Origin: the human T2T-CHM13v2.0 reference genome, Homo sapiens
DNA length: 64,000 bases
Reading direction: 5' to 3' (one strand)
NCBI RefSeq assembly: GCF_009914755.1
Contig: NC_060934.1
The position numbers and the translations under genes are program-made. The notes below the pieces were generated by a model that saw only the letters and a list, made by a program, of their open reading frames with translations, searched no databases and had not been told where the DNA came from. This document shows, one piece after another, positions 36,867 to 50,849 of the stretch (its first letter is position 1; each line of letters opens with the position of its first letter).

Positions 36867-37207
36867 TTTTTTTCTTTTTTTTTTTTTAAGTTTCAACTTA
36901 TATTTTGGGTTCAGTGGGTACATGTGCAGGTTTGAGTGATGCTGAAGTTTGGTGTACAAGTGACCCAGGTAGTGAGCACAGTACTTGGTAGTTAGTTTCT
37001 CAACCCCCTCCCTCCCCACCAGTATTCCCCAGTGTCTGCTCTTCCCATCTTGATGTCTGTGAGTACTCTTATGTTTATCTTCCACTCATAAGTGAGAACA
37101 TGTGGTATTTGGCTTTTTCTGTTAATTCGTTTAGGATGACGGCCTCCAGCTGCATCCATGTAGCTGCAAAGAACATGATTTCATTCTTTTTTTTTTTTTA
37201 TGGCATA
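36867..37207 (-). mobile_element. Older L1P 3'-end fragment
   Basis: gggtacatgtgcaggttt...ccactcataagtgagaacatgtggtatttgg...gcctccagctgcatccatgtagctgcaaagaacatgatttcattc. Confidence 0.8.
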
Positions 37208-37651
37208 GCCTGTTTCTCAATCCATTATGTCCTGCCCTGCCTCAGTCTCTAAAACTCCTTCCTAGGCCCGAAAGGTTTCCTATTCCCCTGTTTGGAGGTC
37301 CTCTCCCTCATCTGCAATCCACTGCCTTTAGAACTCCAGCAACATTCATGTAGGGGTCGACTCATGTTTTTTCCTGCATGATTACCTAGCAGTTCATGTT
37401 TTATGGTGTGACTCCTATGCAGTGCTGCATCTGTGGCTGGGAGCATGGCTTGGATGCGTTTTGCATTTTCGTGGTCCTGCCATAGCACCATGAGTGATCA
37501 TGGCTGTCATCAACCTCTCGAATGAATGACTGCGTGTATGGATAAGTGAAACTCTCAAGGATGAATTATCTAAAAAGTAAAATTTCAGAAAAAAGTTGGT
37601 TATTTTTCCCACCAGTTATTATCAGCATTTTTTTCCCCAACCTTTTCACAC

Positions 37652-38862
37652 TGTCTTCATCTGCTGGGGCTGCCGTAAAAGAATACCATAGACTAGGCAG
37701 CTTAAGCAACGGAAATTAACGTTCTTAATGGTTCTGAAAGCTGAAGCCCAAGATGATGGTGTCGGCCAGGTCAGTTTCTTTCTGAGGCCTTTTATCTTGG
37801 CGCGTGGGTGCTGCCATCTTGTCATGTGCTACATGAACTCTCCTTTGTGTATGCATGAAGACAGAGCAGGACCAGACTCCATGGCATCATTTGTTTGTTT
37901 GTTTGTCTGTTTGATTTTGAGACATAGTCTCCCTCTGTTGCTCAGGCTGGAGCGCAGTGGCGTGATCATAGCTCACTGCAGCCTCAACTTCCAGGGCCCA
38001 AGTCATCCTCTTAGCTCAGCCTGCCAAGTAGTTGGGACCGCAGACACAGGGTGCCATACCTGGCTAATTTTTCAGTATTTTGTAGAGGCAGGGTCTCAAT
38101 GTGTTGCTCAGGCTGGTCTCAAACTCCTGGGCTCAAGCAGTCCTCCTGCCTTGGCCTCCCAAAGTGCTGGGATTACAGGTGTGAGTCACCGTTCCTGGCC
38201 TGTGGGGTCATCTTTAATAAGGACACTAATCCACTGGATAAGCTGCCTCAACTCCATGACCTCATTTTGCCGTAAGTACTTCCTTAGGGTTTTGGACTTG
38301 CTTGGGCCCTGCCACCCTTTCCTTGTTGCCTCTTTCTCTCTCTTGGAAAGGGACGTCTACTCCATGCTTGGCTCACTGTTATATTTTGGGAACATGGAAC
38401 TTGTTTGGGTTCCGTGGTTCACGGCTGGAGGGGAGAGCTCAGCTTCAGGGTGGGCAAATTGCACCCCGAGTCCCACCCATTCCTGATTCAGGTGAAGTTT
38501 TGTTGAGGCTCAGGACTTCACACCTTAGTGCTGATGCTGGAATGAGCTAAGACTTCTGGGGCTGTTGGGATGGGATGAGTGCATTTGCCATGCAAGAAGG
38601 ATGTGAATTTGGGGGAGGTCAGGGACAGGATGTTCTCAACTGAATGTCTGTGGCAGCATCACCTTGTTGGCTCAGAGTGAGTGAGCTCACTCTCCGGTGT
38701 CACCTCTTACAAGAACACTAATCCCATCAGATCAGGACCCCACTCTCATGGCCTCACTTAACCTGAACTACTTCCTTAGAGGCCCCATCTCCAAATACAG
38801 CCACACTGGGAATTAGGGCTTCAACATATGAATTTCGGGGGACACAAACATTAGTTCCATCA
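37652..38862 (-). mobile_element. MaLR (MLT1-like) LTR fragments with nested insertions
   Basis: ggggctgccgtaaaagaataccatagactaggcagcttaa... and aggccccatctccaaatacagccacactgggaattagggcttcaacatatgaattt...acaaacattagttccat. Confidence 0.65.
37890..38200 (-). mobile_element. Alu (AluJ-like) nested in the MLT1 LTR
   Basis: (TTTG)n tail, gctcaggctggagcgcagtggcgtgatcatagctcactgcagcc...ggcctcccaaagtgctgggattacagg. Confidence 0.92.
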
Positions 38863-39127
38863 AACAAAACATGATGTCACCTGAGCGGCTCCCTTTCTGA
38901 ACCCATGTCATGTGTTAGCCTGGTGGGTACACCTTAGGGGCAGGCACCACTTGCTCTCTGCCCCTCATAGGCTTTATCTAGAAACATGTGGACATGCAGG
39001 TGTGGACTATCCCTCCTTCCTTGACACATGACATCTCCTTGCTTCCAGCATCTAGGAGGGCTGTGTGACCAGGGCTGCCTGTTGAGTGCTGGAGAAAATT
39101 GTGTTTGCCATTTTTAGGTGTGGATCC

Positions 39128-39382
39128 TGAAATTCCTAAGTGATGCTCCGTGAAATTCCTAAGTGACGCTCCGTGAAATTCCTGAGTGATGCTCCGTGAA
39201 ATTCCTGAGTGATGCTCCGTGAAATTCCTGAGTGATGCTCCGTGATATTCCTGAGTGATGCTCTATGAAATTCCTAAGTGATGCTCTGTGATATTCCTGA
39301 GTGATGCTCTATGATATTCCTAAGTGATGCTCCGTGAAATTCCTAAGTGACGCTCCGTGAAATTCCTGAGTGATGCTCCGTG
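39128..39382. repeat. Minisatellite, 23-bp unit tgaaattcct(g/a)agtgatgctccg, ~11 copies
   Basis: Units start at 39128, 39151 and onward, with few variants. Confidence 0.95.
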
Positions 39383-42035
39383 TTTGCCTCCTAGGCTCTT
39401 TTCCTCCTCTTTCTCAATCCCCCGTTTCTCTCTTCCCTCCCTACAAGCTGGATTCAGAGAACCCCAGGATGGAGCCACGAGAGGGTTGGGGCCAGGGTGA
39501 AGGAATTAGCTACAGGCTGAGCACGCACGGCTTATTTATAGTGCGCCACTGGCTTTGGGGGCCGTGGGTTACGGCAACAATGTTATTTACTCTGAGTCAT
39601 AGAAGAGAGAAATCCATGAGAAAAAGACAAAGAAAACGTGGCAATCAAATTGAAGACTTATGCAAATAGTGCATGAAATCTTACAACTTATAAATAGAAA
39701 ATGTCTCTGCACCATAACTCATGATTGATTTGACATGTGTGGTGGATCCATGATGAGTTGGTCTATTGCTGATGTCACACGTTTGGTGGGTCCAGATGAT
39801 GACCTCATCTCCACTTAGGGGCTCTTCAGGCCTGGAGGCAGGTCTTGAGCATGTGCTGGGGGGTCCCCAGGCCTCAGGAACTAGCTCCTCCTCACTGTTC
39901 TGCTGGCCAGTAGAAAACATTTTTGTTATGAAAGTAGCCATTATTAGGGCCTCACCTATGGAATGCTAGATTTCTGTGTGTTGGTGGTTTGTGGATTCAG
40001 GTATGCAATAGGAGGCCCAGGCAAAGCACCATGCGCTTATATGCTTTGTGCTGGTCGATCCTGGTCCAATGGAAAGATATGGATTGGATAGCTCCAGCAC
40101 TTGTTTCTGAGAATCTGTCCAGCTCTCGTGCAAGTCCAGCCTTGGTGAAAGACAATTTGCGTGATTTCTCAGCACGGTGCCAGCAGGGCTCAGGAGCAGC
40201 ACCGAGGGGTGCACAGAGACTGTCACCCCAGAGTGCCCCAGCATCCTGCCCCTCAGGGACCGCAGGGCTGCATGGGGAGGATGTGGCACTAGGTTCCTGG
40301 GTGACTGCTCTCGCTACACTCCTAAGCCCAGGAAACTTCCATGAGAACTTTTTTTTCCGTTTAAAAAGCCAACCCCATCTCCTCCTCTATAATCCTTTTT
40401 TCTTTATTCTTTACATTTTAAATTGAGGGGCGCTTGACATTTATATGAAGCATATTTTTCAACTAACATTTTATAAAGGCAAATGTAAAAAGAGAAAAGC
40501 AAAAATTTAAAAAACTTTCCTTACTTTGGGTGGTGAACTAATTAAAATGTAGAGAGATTTGTAGTAAGCTGGTTAAATTTTCTCTCTTTGATATTTAACC
40601 AGCGTGATTTCCCATGACGGCTTCAGCAAGTCTCACCTCCTGGCTGGGGTCCCCACAGGTTGGCACAGCTCAGCTCCAGTGATAACCTCACTGCCTGAGT
40701 AATTAATCTCTTTCTCCAGGAAGTGGAGTTAGAATGGGTTGTGTTGGGGTCCCATTTACTAACTGCAGATCTTCCTCCCCTCCCTGTCCTTTCGAGACCA
40801 CCTTGGTGTTTACGTGGTGCTCAGAGACCTGAAATATTTCTGTGCTTGGCCACAAACCCGTCTTACTGATAACCAACACAGCTTTCAACACAGATCTTGC
40901 TTTTTTGCACTGCGTCCTTCCATTTCCCCAGTGAAGCCCTTTCCGGGTCTCTCCACAGAACTGTGTCTACTGTGCCACAGGTATTTTAAGTGATTGGTTT
41001 TTAATTAAATCACATACATGATTGCAGCTCTATGTAGTTTTCCATAGTTGAATTACTGTATGTAAATGATACTGCCATTGATGACATAGGGTGTTAGAAG
41101 CTAGACAGCAGCTTAGAATTCAGATAGGGAGACATACTTCTTTAACACTAGGGATGTTTAATGTTTTAATCACTTGGGATATAATATATACAGTCAACTT
41201 TGGTTACTGCAAACCCAACTAATCAGACTTTGCAATAATGTGATTTTCTTCCCCACCTGGCACTTGGTTTACAGGAGAAGCAGCTAAAGTGCTCAAAAAT
41301 AAGCTTGTGCCTGATTAATTTTTTGCATGCAAATTACAGAATATGCTCATGGGCCTGCAAGGGGTTCATTTCATCTCCTAGGATGGATAAATGCATTCAG
41401 ATTTAGTGTTCTGAGCACATGGGCCAAGTTATATTGCATGGTCCCTTTCTAAAATAAGGGAAGACACTTTCCCATAACCCAGAGAACTGAGTTATCTCAT
41501 TGTGTATTATGACCAATCCGCACCTTCCCATCATATCTTTCAATTCGGTGCCTACGTCAGAAGCTCTACAGAGGCTCCTAGGGTGCTCAAAAACCATGTG
41601 CTTACTAGTTCCGTCCACTTGAACTTGCATCACAGAAGGTAGACAAACCTATGTTTCTCTATGGAGGTCAAATGCCAGCTCCTTTATAAAGGCTTCCCAG
41701 CATGGGAACCCTTGGTGTCTTACAGCACTTTCAAGCTGTGTCCTTTCCTGGCATAATTTGTATGCTTGTCTTTCTTTCTCCTGTACATGTCATACATGTG
41801 CAATATACCACAGACCTTGTGGACAAGTGGTTACTGTTTCTACTGACTTTCTATTGGTTAATAGGAGTTCTAGCTAAGGTCATTGAAATCGTGCTACTTG
41901 CCAGACACTTTCTAAATGCTTTAGGTGCATGTTTTCAATTAATCCTCATAAACCACTTTATAATTAAGGGGCTGCAATGATCTCTATATTTGTTAACAAT
42001 CCTGTGAATTAATGGTAGTGTGCACAGCTTAGGAC

Positions 42036-42337
42036 ACGTGTCCTACAAGTGGCTCATTGGTGGGGTGTTGTCCATCATGAGAATAACTGGTGTGGACAGC
42101 CTATGGCACATGCCCTCCATGTGGTTCATCAGAGGAGTGTTGACGATCTTGAGAATGACTTCTGTAGACAGCCTATATGGCCTGTGTCCTTCATGTGGCT
42201 TATTGGTGGAGTGTTGATGATCGTGAGAATAACTAGTGTAGACAGCCTATAACACATGCCTGAGCAGTGGAGTGTTGTCCATCATGAGAATAACCAGTGT
42301 AGACAGCCTATGGCCTGTGTCCTTCATGTGGCTCACT
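42036..42337. repeat. Degenerate tandem repeat, ~72-74-bp unit, ~4 copies
   Basis: gtgttgtccatcatgagaataactggtgtggacagcctatgg recurs four times. Confidence 0.85.
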
Positions 42338-45300
42338 GGACTTGTACAGATACTTGCAGGAGGAAGAGGCCACTTCTGGGTAGGGACTGGGAGTGGGGTA
42401 GTCAGGGAAGCCTCCCTGGAAGAGATAGTTTATGTGATTCCTTCAAAGCCCAGAAAGAATCTAAATTGTCAGGGATTAAATGATCATAAAAACTTAGTAG
42501 AAGCCATAGCCTGAAGCAGTTCAGAGGTGGAAACATTTGTTTTTGGGATAAGAACAAAGAGTAGATCAGTCTGGCCTGAGTAAGAATTTGTGCAGAGTAG
42601 TTATGAGAAATTAAACTGAAAGGGCCACTCACTACAGGAGAGTGTAGGGTCTCGATTCCAGGCCAAGGAGTTCATCTGTTAATTCATCAAATATTTATGG
42701 AATGCTTCTCAGGGTCAGACACGATTATACCTGCCAGGGATACATCAGCACAGAAACAGGCAGAGATCGCTCCCACGTGAAGCTCAGACGTTACCCAGGC
42801 ACATGGATGTCCTTTGAGGGACCCTGACCGGCAGGGTGACAGGGCTGGGTCTGCAGCTGTGTGAGGGGCCACATGTCTTGGTGAGGACAGTGATCCAGGG
42901 CCTGGCACCGAGGGCACGTCTCAGTCATGGTAAGGTCAGCAGTTTGTTGTTTTGCTTTGCTTCAAGCACCCTAGATGTAAGGTGAATTATGAGGATGCTC
43001 TCAGGGCTAGGAAGGTTAAACTGTTGCACTGGACCTGCACTATAGCTGTTACTACCGATGGCTGCCTCCACCCACAGCACGGGTAGCACCCTGCGAGGCT
43101 CTCGATTGAGATCCCTGCTGGGAACTGTTAACACATTATTTAATCCACCCAACAACTATGTGAAGAACCGTCCCATTTTATAACTGTAGCAAAAGAGTTT
43201 TAGGGAGATTTGGTAGCTCGGCCAAAGATCTAAAGCAAGCAAGTAGTTGAGGCAGAAATGGGGTTGTTTCAGGTCTGAATCTGAGCTGTGGCAGCCTATC
43301 TTCATGGACACTACCTGATGCTCTTTTGAGGTGGATTCCCAGAAGGTCTCGGAAAACAAATCCAACCATACACTGTAAATCCTCGAGATATAGAACTCAG
43401 CACATCTGTGGGGTCCAACTCCAGTCCTTGAGTGGGAGAGGAAGGTGGGCCTTAGAGACCCTCATGGTCTGGCCCACCTTCAGTCCTTGAGGGGTGACTT
43501 CCCCTCCAGACAATATCAGGAAGGCATAGGTTGCCATCCAGATGCCCCAGCTCCTGCAGAGGACAGGTGAGCGGCTGGGGAGGGGACGAGAGAGGCTGGA
43601 CTGGGGGCAGGTGAGATAGTGCTTTGCAATATAGAAAGCCCTGCACAGAGAGACTCTAAAACCTGTTCAAAAAAGCCTGAATAATCAACAGAAAAGTCAT
43701 CTGCAGCATAAATTCTTTTTTATATATGAAAAAGAGAGACATCCAGCTGTCCCCATTATTGTTGGTGATTTAGCCATTTAGAAAATGCCTGCTGAAGGGT
43801 CTCTTGGCAGCGGGGCAGGGTTAATGTGTCTTGCACCAGTCTTTCATGCCTCCCAGGAAAGAGCTCACACCGTGGGGAAACGCGCCCTCCTGTGAACCCT
43901 TACAAAGCAGCTCGGCTTCTCGCAGGGACGATGGTGGTAGGTGGGACTGGGTGGGTGGGGGTTCTGGAGAATCCTTGGTGATGCCCTGAGGCTTTGCCTG
44001 GCACCCTCAGAGCAGAGGTTTAAGATACCCAGCCTTGAAGCTATGAATGCACAAATGGGCACCGGCTGCACGTTGGACCAGCAATGGTCAGAGGAGAGGG
44101 TGTGTGGTTTCTCGTTACACAATAGTGATAACCAGGTGCTTCCAGCTCCAGGGTTAAGTGGGGAGTTGGCCCCATATTTGATGAGCTGTGCATTCCTGTG
44201 CTTAACGGAAAAGCAAAGCAAAAGGCTGCTCTGTTAGCTCCCACTTTTTGTTGCCCACATTTTGCCTATTGGCTCCGATTACCATGGCAAATTACCAGCA
44301 TTATTCACATTGGAAAATGAACTTTAAATGGGAACATTGCAAGACTCAAACTTTACTCATTTCCAACACTAATATTTTGAATGGCATGAATAAATAAAAT
44401 GTGCTCAAATTTGCAGCAGTAGTCCTCAGGGTAAAATTGACATTCAGCCAAAGTGGTGGGATACTAAAATCCATAGATTATAAAGGAGAAAGCCTTTAGT
44501 AAATATTTTCCTGTTGAAATCCTGTCTTTGGGTTTATACGGCTGAAAAATCAGAAAGGTTAGATTTGCACGTGGGTGGGGCAACGCGGAATCCAGGACCG
44601 TTGCCCCGAGTCCCCAGGCTCCTTTCCCCTTTGAACTTCGTTTCACAGCGGGGGCGGGTGGTGGGGCAGTGGGGGCGGGTGGTGCCTCACTGGAGAGAGC
44701 CAAGAGGGGGCTTGGGAGTGCAGATGGCAGAGGGACGCAGGGCCAGAGTCCACATGGAGGTGGGACACACCTCGAAGCCCCCTCTCAAACAACACACCCC
44801 GTCTAGACCCGGGAAGTAGGAGAAACACTGCCAGGAGAGTCCAGCCAAACACAAACCGAAGCCTCCGGGATAATCAGAGAAAATGGAAGATGATCTTCCC
44901 TGACTTCCATCTTCATATCCCTTTGTGTTTCTGTGGAAGAGGCAGTCTCTATGTCATGTAATGAGCCCTGTTTTCTGACAATTACAATAAAGCTTCATTA
45001 ATTTCAAAATCAGGGACTGGTAAAAACCGATGTCCAACCAAATAGTTCAAATTATCTGACTATTTAATTATTCTAAATCTCAAATTACCTAAAGGCGGAT
45101 GGCAAATTTGAGTGAAGGCATGAAAAGGAAAAATCCCTTATTGTAGCCATTGTATGGTGGGAAAAGCCCTAAACTTGGGATCAGAAGAACCAGAGTTGAG
45201 TTCTGCCACCACCTTCCCCCAGCTGCATGACCACTACGGGGCAATTGGGGTCTCTGAGCCACGGGTTCCTCTTCTGCAAGAGGCATCATCATAATCACTC

Positions 45301-45834
45301 CTCAAGGCCAAGGCTCTGCATCTTGGCACAGAGATGTACGCCTGCAGCATCCTGCACTCGTCTCTTCCGTAGGAACAGTGCTGGTGTCATAGGGGTGTTA
45401 GGAGGTTGGATGACAGTGGATGGAGGTGCTTAGCCTGGTACCCGGCACTGTTAAGCTCAGCATCCAGCACTCAAATACCAGCTGCTGTTGTTATTGCCAT
45501 TATCATCCAACTGTGTGCAAACATAACATTGTTTTAGAAAAAATACAGAAATAACTCACCCCCACGTGCCTCATCCTTCAAATTAAAGTAACCTGTTTAA
45601 AGGGTACATTTTGATACAATTAAGTATGCAGGCAATGCAGTTTTGAGGAGGCGTATGTTGGGGTGACCTTTCCTGTGACTCACTTGAAGTTGGCCTCTGT
45701 CTTGGCTAACTCTCTGACTTTGCTGCTGCTGGTGAGGCCTGTCCCCCACGACTGTGCTCACAGGATGGTCCCCTTAAAAGAACCTGAATAACGAGTTGAA
45801 TCATAAGGAAATCAAAGCTACATAGTTAGCCTTT

Positions 45835-46160
45835 TAGAGTTTTATTCTTAATTCACAAATAATAATTGTATATATGTATTGGGTGCAATGTGATGTCTTG
45901 ATACATATACACATTGTGGGATGATCATATCAGGCTGACATAGCCACCACCTCAAAGACTTACTGTAATGAGAGCATTTAGAGTCCTTTCTTTTGGCTGT
46001 CCTGAAATACATGATACATTATCATTAACTATGATCACCATGCTGTGTGACAGATCCCCAGAACCTGTCCCTCCTGTCTACCTGAAACCTCGCGTGCTCT
46101 GACGGACATCCTAGCCCCTGGTAACTGCCTTTCTCCTCTCCATTTCCGTGAGAGTTCTGC
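45835..46160 (-). mobile_element. L1MA-type 3'-end fragment
   Basis: ataataattgtatatatgtattgggtgcaatgtgatgtcttgatacatatacacattgtgg...taactatgatcaccatgctgtg. Confidence 0.75.
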
Positions 46161-46929
46161 AGCCATGCACATAGATGCTGGGTAGATTTTGGACCCAAAG
46201 CCAACCTTAGGAGGAAATTACACATATATCAGCTGTTCCATTTAGTCACTTTTAGTGAAATCATCAGTCTATTTTTGGTGAGGAAATGCTCATCAGTGAA
46301 ACTGCCTGCTCACTCTTTAATTACATGTACCTTTATTTCTGTTTAAATTGGAAGCTAGAGTCTGAGGCAACAGCACATTCAAAGGTTAAGTTAGTGTGCT
46401 TTCGAGTTATGCCGTCGGCTGTGTGGCCCTCTAAGCATTGTTTTCTGATCTAAGCGTTCCTTCCTCTCTGATTTCACAGCTTGGGTGTGTTATTTTGTGA
46501 CTGCTGACACAAACATTGTCCTCGTCAGACTGGATGCCCAAGGACAAGGACTCAGTGTCACTCCTCATTGCAATCACAACATCCACTGAGTGCGCATGGT
46601 GGGCCCCCACCCCAAAGCACGCTTGCCTCTGGGTCAGCTCGTGCACTGCTGTCTCTGAAGCCCTACCCTAAAGGGAAGCCTGAAAGGAGCTGAGGGGGTG
46701 TCTGTCAGAGCCCTGACTGCAGACAGGCTCGGCCATGCCCAGAACGTCACAGACACCAGTTCTCAAGCATTTCTGCTTTTATTTCACCCCCATCCCTGTC
46801 CCTCGGGGAAAAGAATCAATCAGAATTTATTGTGCAAGGCACTGATGAAATACAGGGCAAAATAAGACAAGGTCCTCTACATAAAGCAGCCTAGAATACG
46901 AAACAGGAAACACAAAATACCATGTGATA

Positions 46930-47130
46930 AATGGCAGCTGACATTTCTCAAGGGCTGACTGCATAGCAGGTGCTCTTCCAAGTAACAGCGAGTGTCATTT
47001 CTGTTCATCCCCGTTGTATCCCTAAGAGGCAGTTACGATTATTGTCCTGTTTTACAGATGAACAAGCCAAGGCTGAGGAAAAGAAAACTCCTTGCCCAGC
47101 ACACAGGCAGTAAGTTGTGGGTCTGGAAGT
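46930..47130 (-). mobile_element. MIR remnant
   Basis: attattgtcctgttttacagatgaacaagccaaggctgagg...cttgcccagcacacagg. Confidence 0.6.
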
Positions 47131-47448
47131 CACACTAGTTCCATGAGGCCCCACAATGCGAGCTGCCTCTGAGACGCTGAGGAGAGAGAAGAGATGCCTT
47201 GGTCACAGCTCCCACCCTCAGATGAGATGAGCCTGCAGGTAGGAGGCCTGCCATGGCAAATGCTGCCTCTTAGATGAATTGGGGTAGGAGAATGACCCCC
47301 AAACTCCTGGAGCAGGCAGGCAGCCACCTGCATCAAGACCACGGGGTACTTCTGTGGGTCTTAAGCCCTTTCCCCACTCCCTGAATAGGGGTTTCTGACA
47401 GAGGATGCCGAGGCACTCTGACATGTGACGCGGTTGTCTAAACGCTGG

Positions 47449-48040
47449 TGTAAGCCAAAAATAAAATTCTAAGGCCCCCCAACCATCCAAATGGACCCCT
47501 CTTCTCAGCCAAGGGCATTCCAGAGTTAACCTGAAAAACTGGTTCAGACATGATGGAAGAGGGGGTCGGACATGCCTCATGATACCTCCCTCCATTGTGG
47601 AATTCAGGAAAAGCCAACCAGCCTTAACATCAACAAAGACCTGAGTCCGATGAGAAACAGTGACCATCTGTTCCCTCCAAAGCCTGCTACCCAGAGATCT
47701 GCATGGTCAAACCCTGGTCTCCACACCCCTTATCCTAACCCAGACCTTCCTTTCTACTGATCATAACTCTTTCAACCAATTGCCAATCAGAAAAATGTTA
47801 TGACCTGGAAGCCGCTGCTTTGAGTTGTCCCGTCTTTCCAGACTGAACCAATGTCAATCCTACACGTATTGAATGATGCCTCAATTCTCTCTAAAATGTA
47901 TAAAACCAAGCTGTGCTCCGACCACACTGGGCACATGGCGTCAGGACCTCCTGAGGCTGTGTCACAGGTGTGTCCTTAACCTCGGCAAAATAAACTTTCT
48001 AAATTGGTTGAGGCTTGTCTCAGATACTTTTGGGTTCACG
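47449..48040 (+). mobile_element. ERV1 solo LTR, MER4-group
   Basis: Starts tgtaagccaaaaataaaattctaaggccccccaaccatc; TATA-like tgtataaaacc at ~47897; aataaa at ~47989; ends ...tactttt gggttcac. Flanks ctgg/ttgg resemble a 4-bp TSD. Confidence 0.8.
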
Positions 48041-50744
48041 TTGGGGACCTGGAAGAGGGAGGAGGAGGCCTTCAGGGGGAGGCCTCTGCCCACGGCACCG
48101 TCAGGAAGCCCGAGTCTGCCACGGCTGCTGGGTGGGACAGACCAGGGTGCTCCTGACGGGCAGACCCATCCCACTTTCTGAGGTGGAAAACCAGGCCTGG
48201 GCCTCCCACTGCCCACCTCCTGCTTCCTCTCACTGGCTCCGTGGCCAGGACCCGTTCTCTCTGCCCCTCGCTTTGGTCTATGCAGGCCTCATACCACGCA
48301 TTGCTGCTGGGTGACAAGACAGCCCACAGGATCCAGCCCCTGGGAGGACCGCCCGACCTTCACTCCACGGTGGGTGTGCCACAGCCAGCACGCAGGAGCA
48401 GGCGTGTTCCACACCAGGGAGGGGCAGGTAGGCGTTCGCCAAACAATAGCCTCTGGCCTGCGGCAGGAAGGCCCTCCCACGTGTGCAAGGAGATGCGTTA
48501 GAGCAGGCACGGCATACATAGGCACATACACGGCATACATAGGCTGGTGGCTGAGCACAGCTGTAACTTCCAGGGTTACAGACATTGAGGCATTTCAGTC
48601 TTGTGTTGTTAGCATGTTTTAATCCGACATAATTAGTTACAGTAAAGAATCCATCTAGGGAAAATGAAGAAAATACGGCTTTAAAATGAAGGATCTGTAT
48701 AGAGCAAAAGCAGGGACTGAGTCATACGAGGCTGAGTCTCTCTTGGTGCCTGAGGCTTTGCAAGGTCAGGAGCTGACTACCTTTTCCCCCATGTCTGACA
48801 AGTAGGATTCTGTCCTCTGCATGTTGTTGTTTATTTTATGAATCAGCCCCAGCCATTGTCCAGCTCACGGGCACCTCCAGCAGAGAGTGGAGGCCTGCAG
48901 GGACTCACAGGTGACCCACGCCTGCAGCAGAGTGGAGAAGGGCCTCCCTCCTGGTCGGCGGAAGGACATCGACATTGAAGCCAGATGCTAGGGTCCCCAG
49001 GACCAGGTGTCCACACCCCCACTGCACGGATGAGACAATCAGCACAGGGAGGTGGGCTGGCTCGCTGACACAGGCTCAGGCAGTTGGTGGGATGCTTGGA
49101 ATGAAATCCCTATCCCTATGTTTAAATTCTAGCTCCAAAATCTGGGCTCCTGACCACAGTGTTAGAGGTGCCTTCCAAGGGCTTTTCACTAATTGAGGAT
49201 TTCAAACAAGCCTGAGATGAGAGATCCCACATTCAGCCTTGAGCAACTGAGGGTTGACGGTTGTGTGTGCTGACATCTGTCTGTCTACCTGTTGATTATG
49301 TAAAGTAGTCGTCCACAGTTTCCTAAATCGTTAAATATCCACAAATCTGTTTACACACATTAACGGTAGTTACTGCTTTAGCAATCAACTTCAAATTTGA
49401 ATACCATTAAAACACAGAAAATAAACTAAAAACCACATTGGGAAGATGCATATTTCTGTTTTTTTGTGAAACTGGTGCTTTCTGGTCTACTCAGGAAGAT
49501 ATTTTGAGCCCGGGTTTAATTAGGATCTTTAAATTCTCATTTGTGTGCTGACATGAGGGTGCAAACAGATGAGGTCCTCCGTTTGGGGCTGATTCATGGT
49601 TATTTGCATTCATCTGGATTTAAAAAGATAAAAACCAGAAGAATCATTTCAGGCCATCTAGAGAAAGAGATTCCCTTGGAAAAAGTAGTTGTTTCATAAA
49701 GAAAGTAATATTTACTTCCCAGCTTCTGTTAAATTCAAGAAAAGCCTTTAAGTGAGCATCTAAGGAACGCCAACCCCTCTTCTGCAAAATCACCAGGGAG
49801 GCTGATGTTACACAGGCCTCCAGTGCCACAGAGGTGGGGGCCCTCAGACCTCTTTGTCCCATGACTTTGCCCCTGAGTCTTTCCCTATCCTGAAAGCAGG
49901 ATCTGGAGAACAGAAATCAGTGGATGAAAATTGCCAAGTTGTTCCCAATGCACCTGGGTCCCTGAGGCAGCCTGGGTGCCACTGCTGAGCATCCTGCAGG
50001 CTCCCAGAGGAGCGGGGTCGGAGCTCCTTCACAGCTCAGTGTGTGTAGAAAACGCAGTCCTCTGGTCCATGTTCCCTCCTCACAGCAAAACCACCAGCAC
50101 CTCTGTAATGCTGTGTTCCCTGCACAATCCTGCAATATTTTTGTTTATTTACATACCCGATGTCCCTGGTGGAGTGAAAGCAACTGCATGGAGTGAGCGC
50201 CCCACCAGGTCCCAGAGCTCCAAGAAAATCCTGCGAAAAGTAAGCATCTCAGACGAAGCCACAGATGGCCCACCTCGGCCGGGTGAAGTTTTAAATTTGG
50301 ACAAACATGCAACCAAGACGGCTCCTGTGGTGTCCTGGAGGAAGCCGAGCTCAGCCCTGCAGAATGCATGGTGTGTGGGTTCCATTAGATTTCCATCTGG
50401 TGTCTGGAGGGCCTAGAGAAAGCCAGGAGAGGAGAAGGAGCCTGTGTTTCCCTAGAGAGGACCCCGAGGCCTGGCTGGGCAGAGGCTTCATGCCTGGCAC
50501 TGCGGCAGGTCAGGGGCTGTGTGGCGGCAGAAGGCATATCGTGGCTGTGTCCGTGGAGCTGCGCCTTCCAAGTTACCAATTCCAGTGGGGCTGTTCGCGT
50601 CTGCCACCAACTTTCCTAAGACTGACCTCGCCAGCCGCTCAGAAAGCAGCGTTCACCACTATCGGCGTGCGTGTGTTAAGCTGACTTGACCTTGTCTGCA
50701 CTGGGTGTTTCCAGATAGTCTGGGAGTGGGTAGGGGAGGGCACC

Positions 50745-50849
50745 TCACTCTGTGACCCAGGCTGGTCTCGAACTCCTTGGCCTCAAGCCATCCTCCCGCC
50801 TCAGCCTCCCACAGTGCTGAGATTACAGGCGTGAGCCACCGCACCTGGC
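50745..50849 (-). mobile_element. Alu left-monomer fragment (FLAM-like)
   Basis: cccaggctggtctcgaactccttggcctcaagccatcctcccgcctcagcctccc...acaggcgtgagccaccgcacctggc. Confidence 0.85.

Noticed and set aside
37728-38486. 252-aa ORF
   Set aside because: It runs through MLT1 and antisense Alu sequence and gives a typical Alu-derived peptide.
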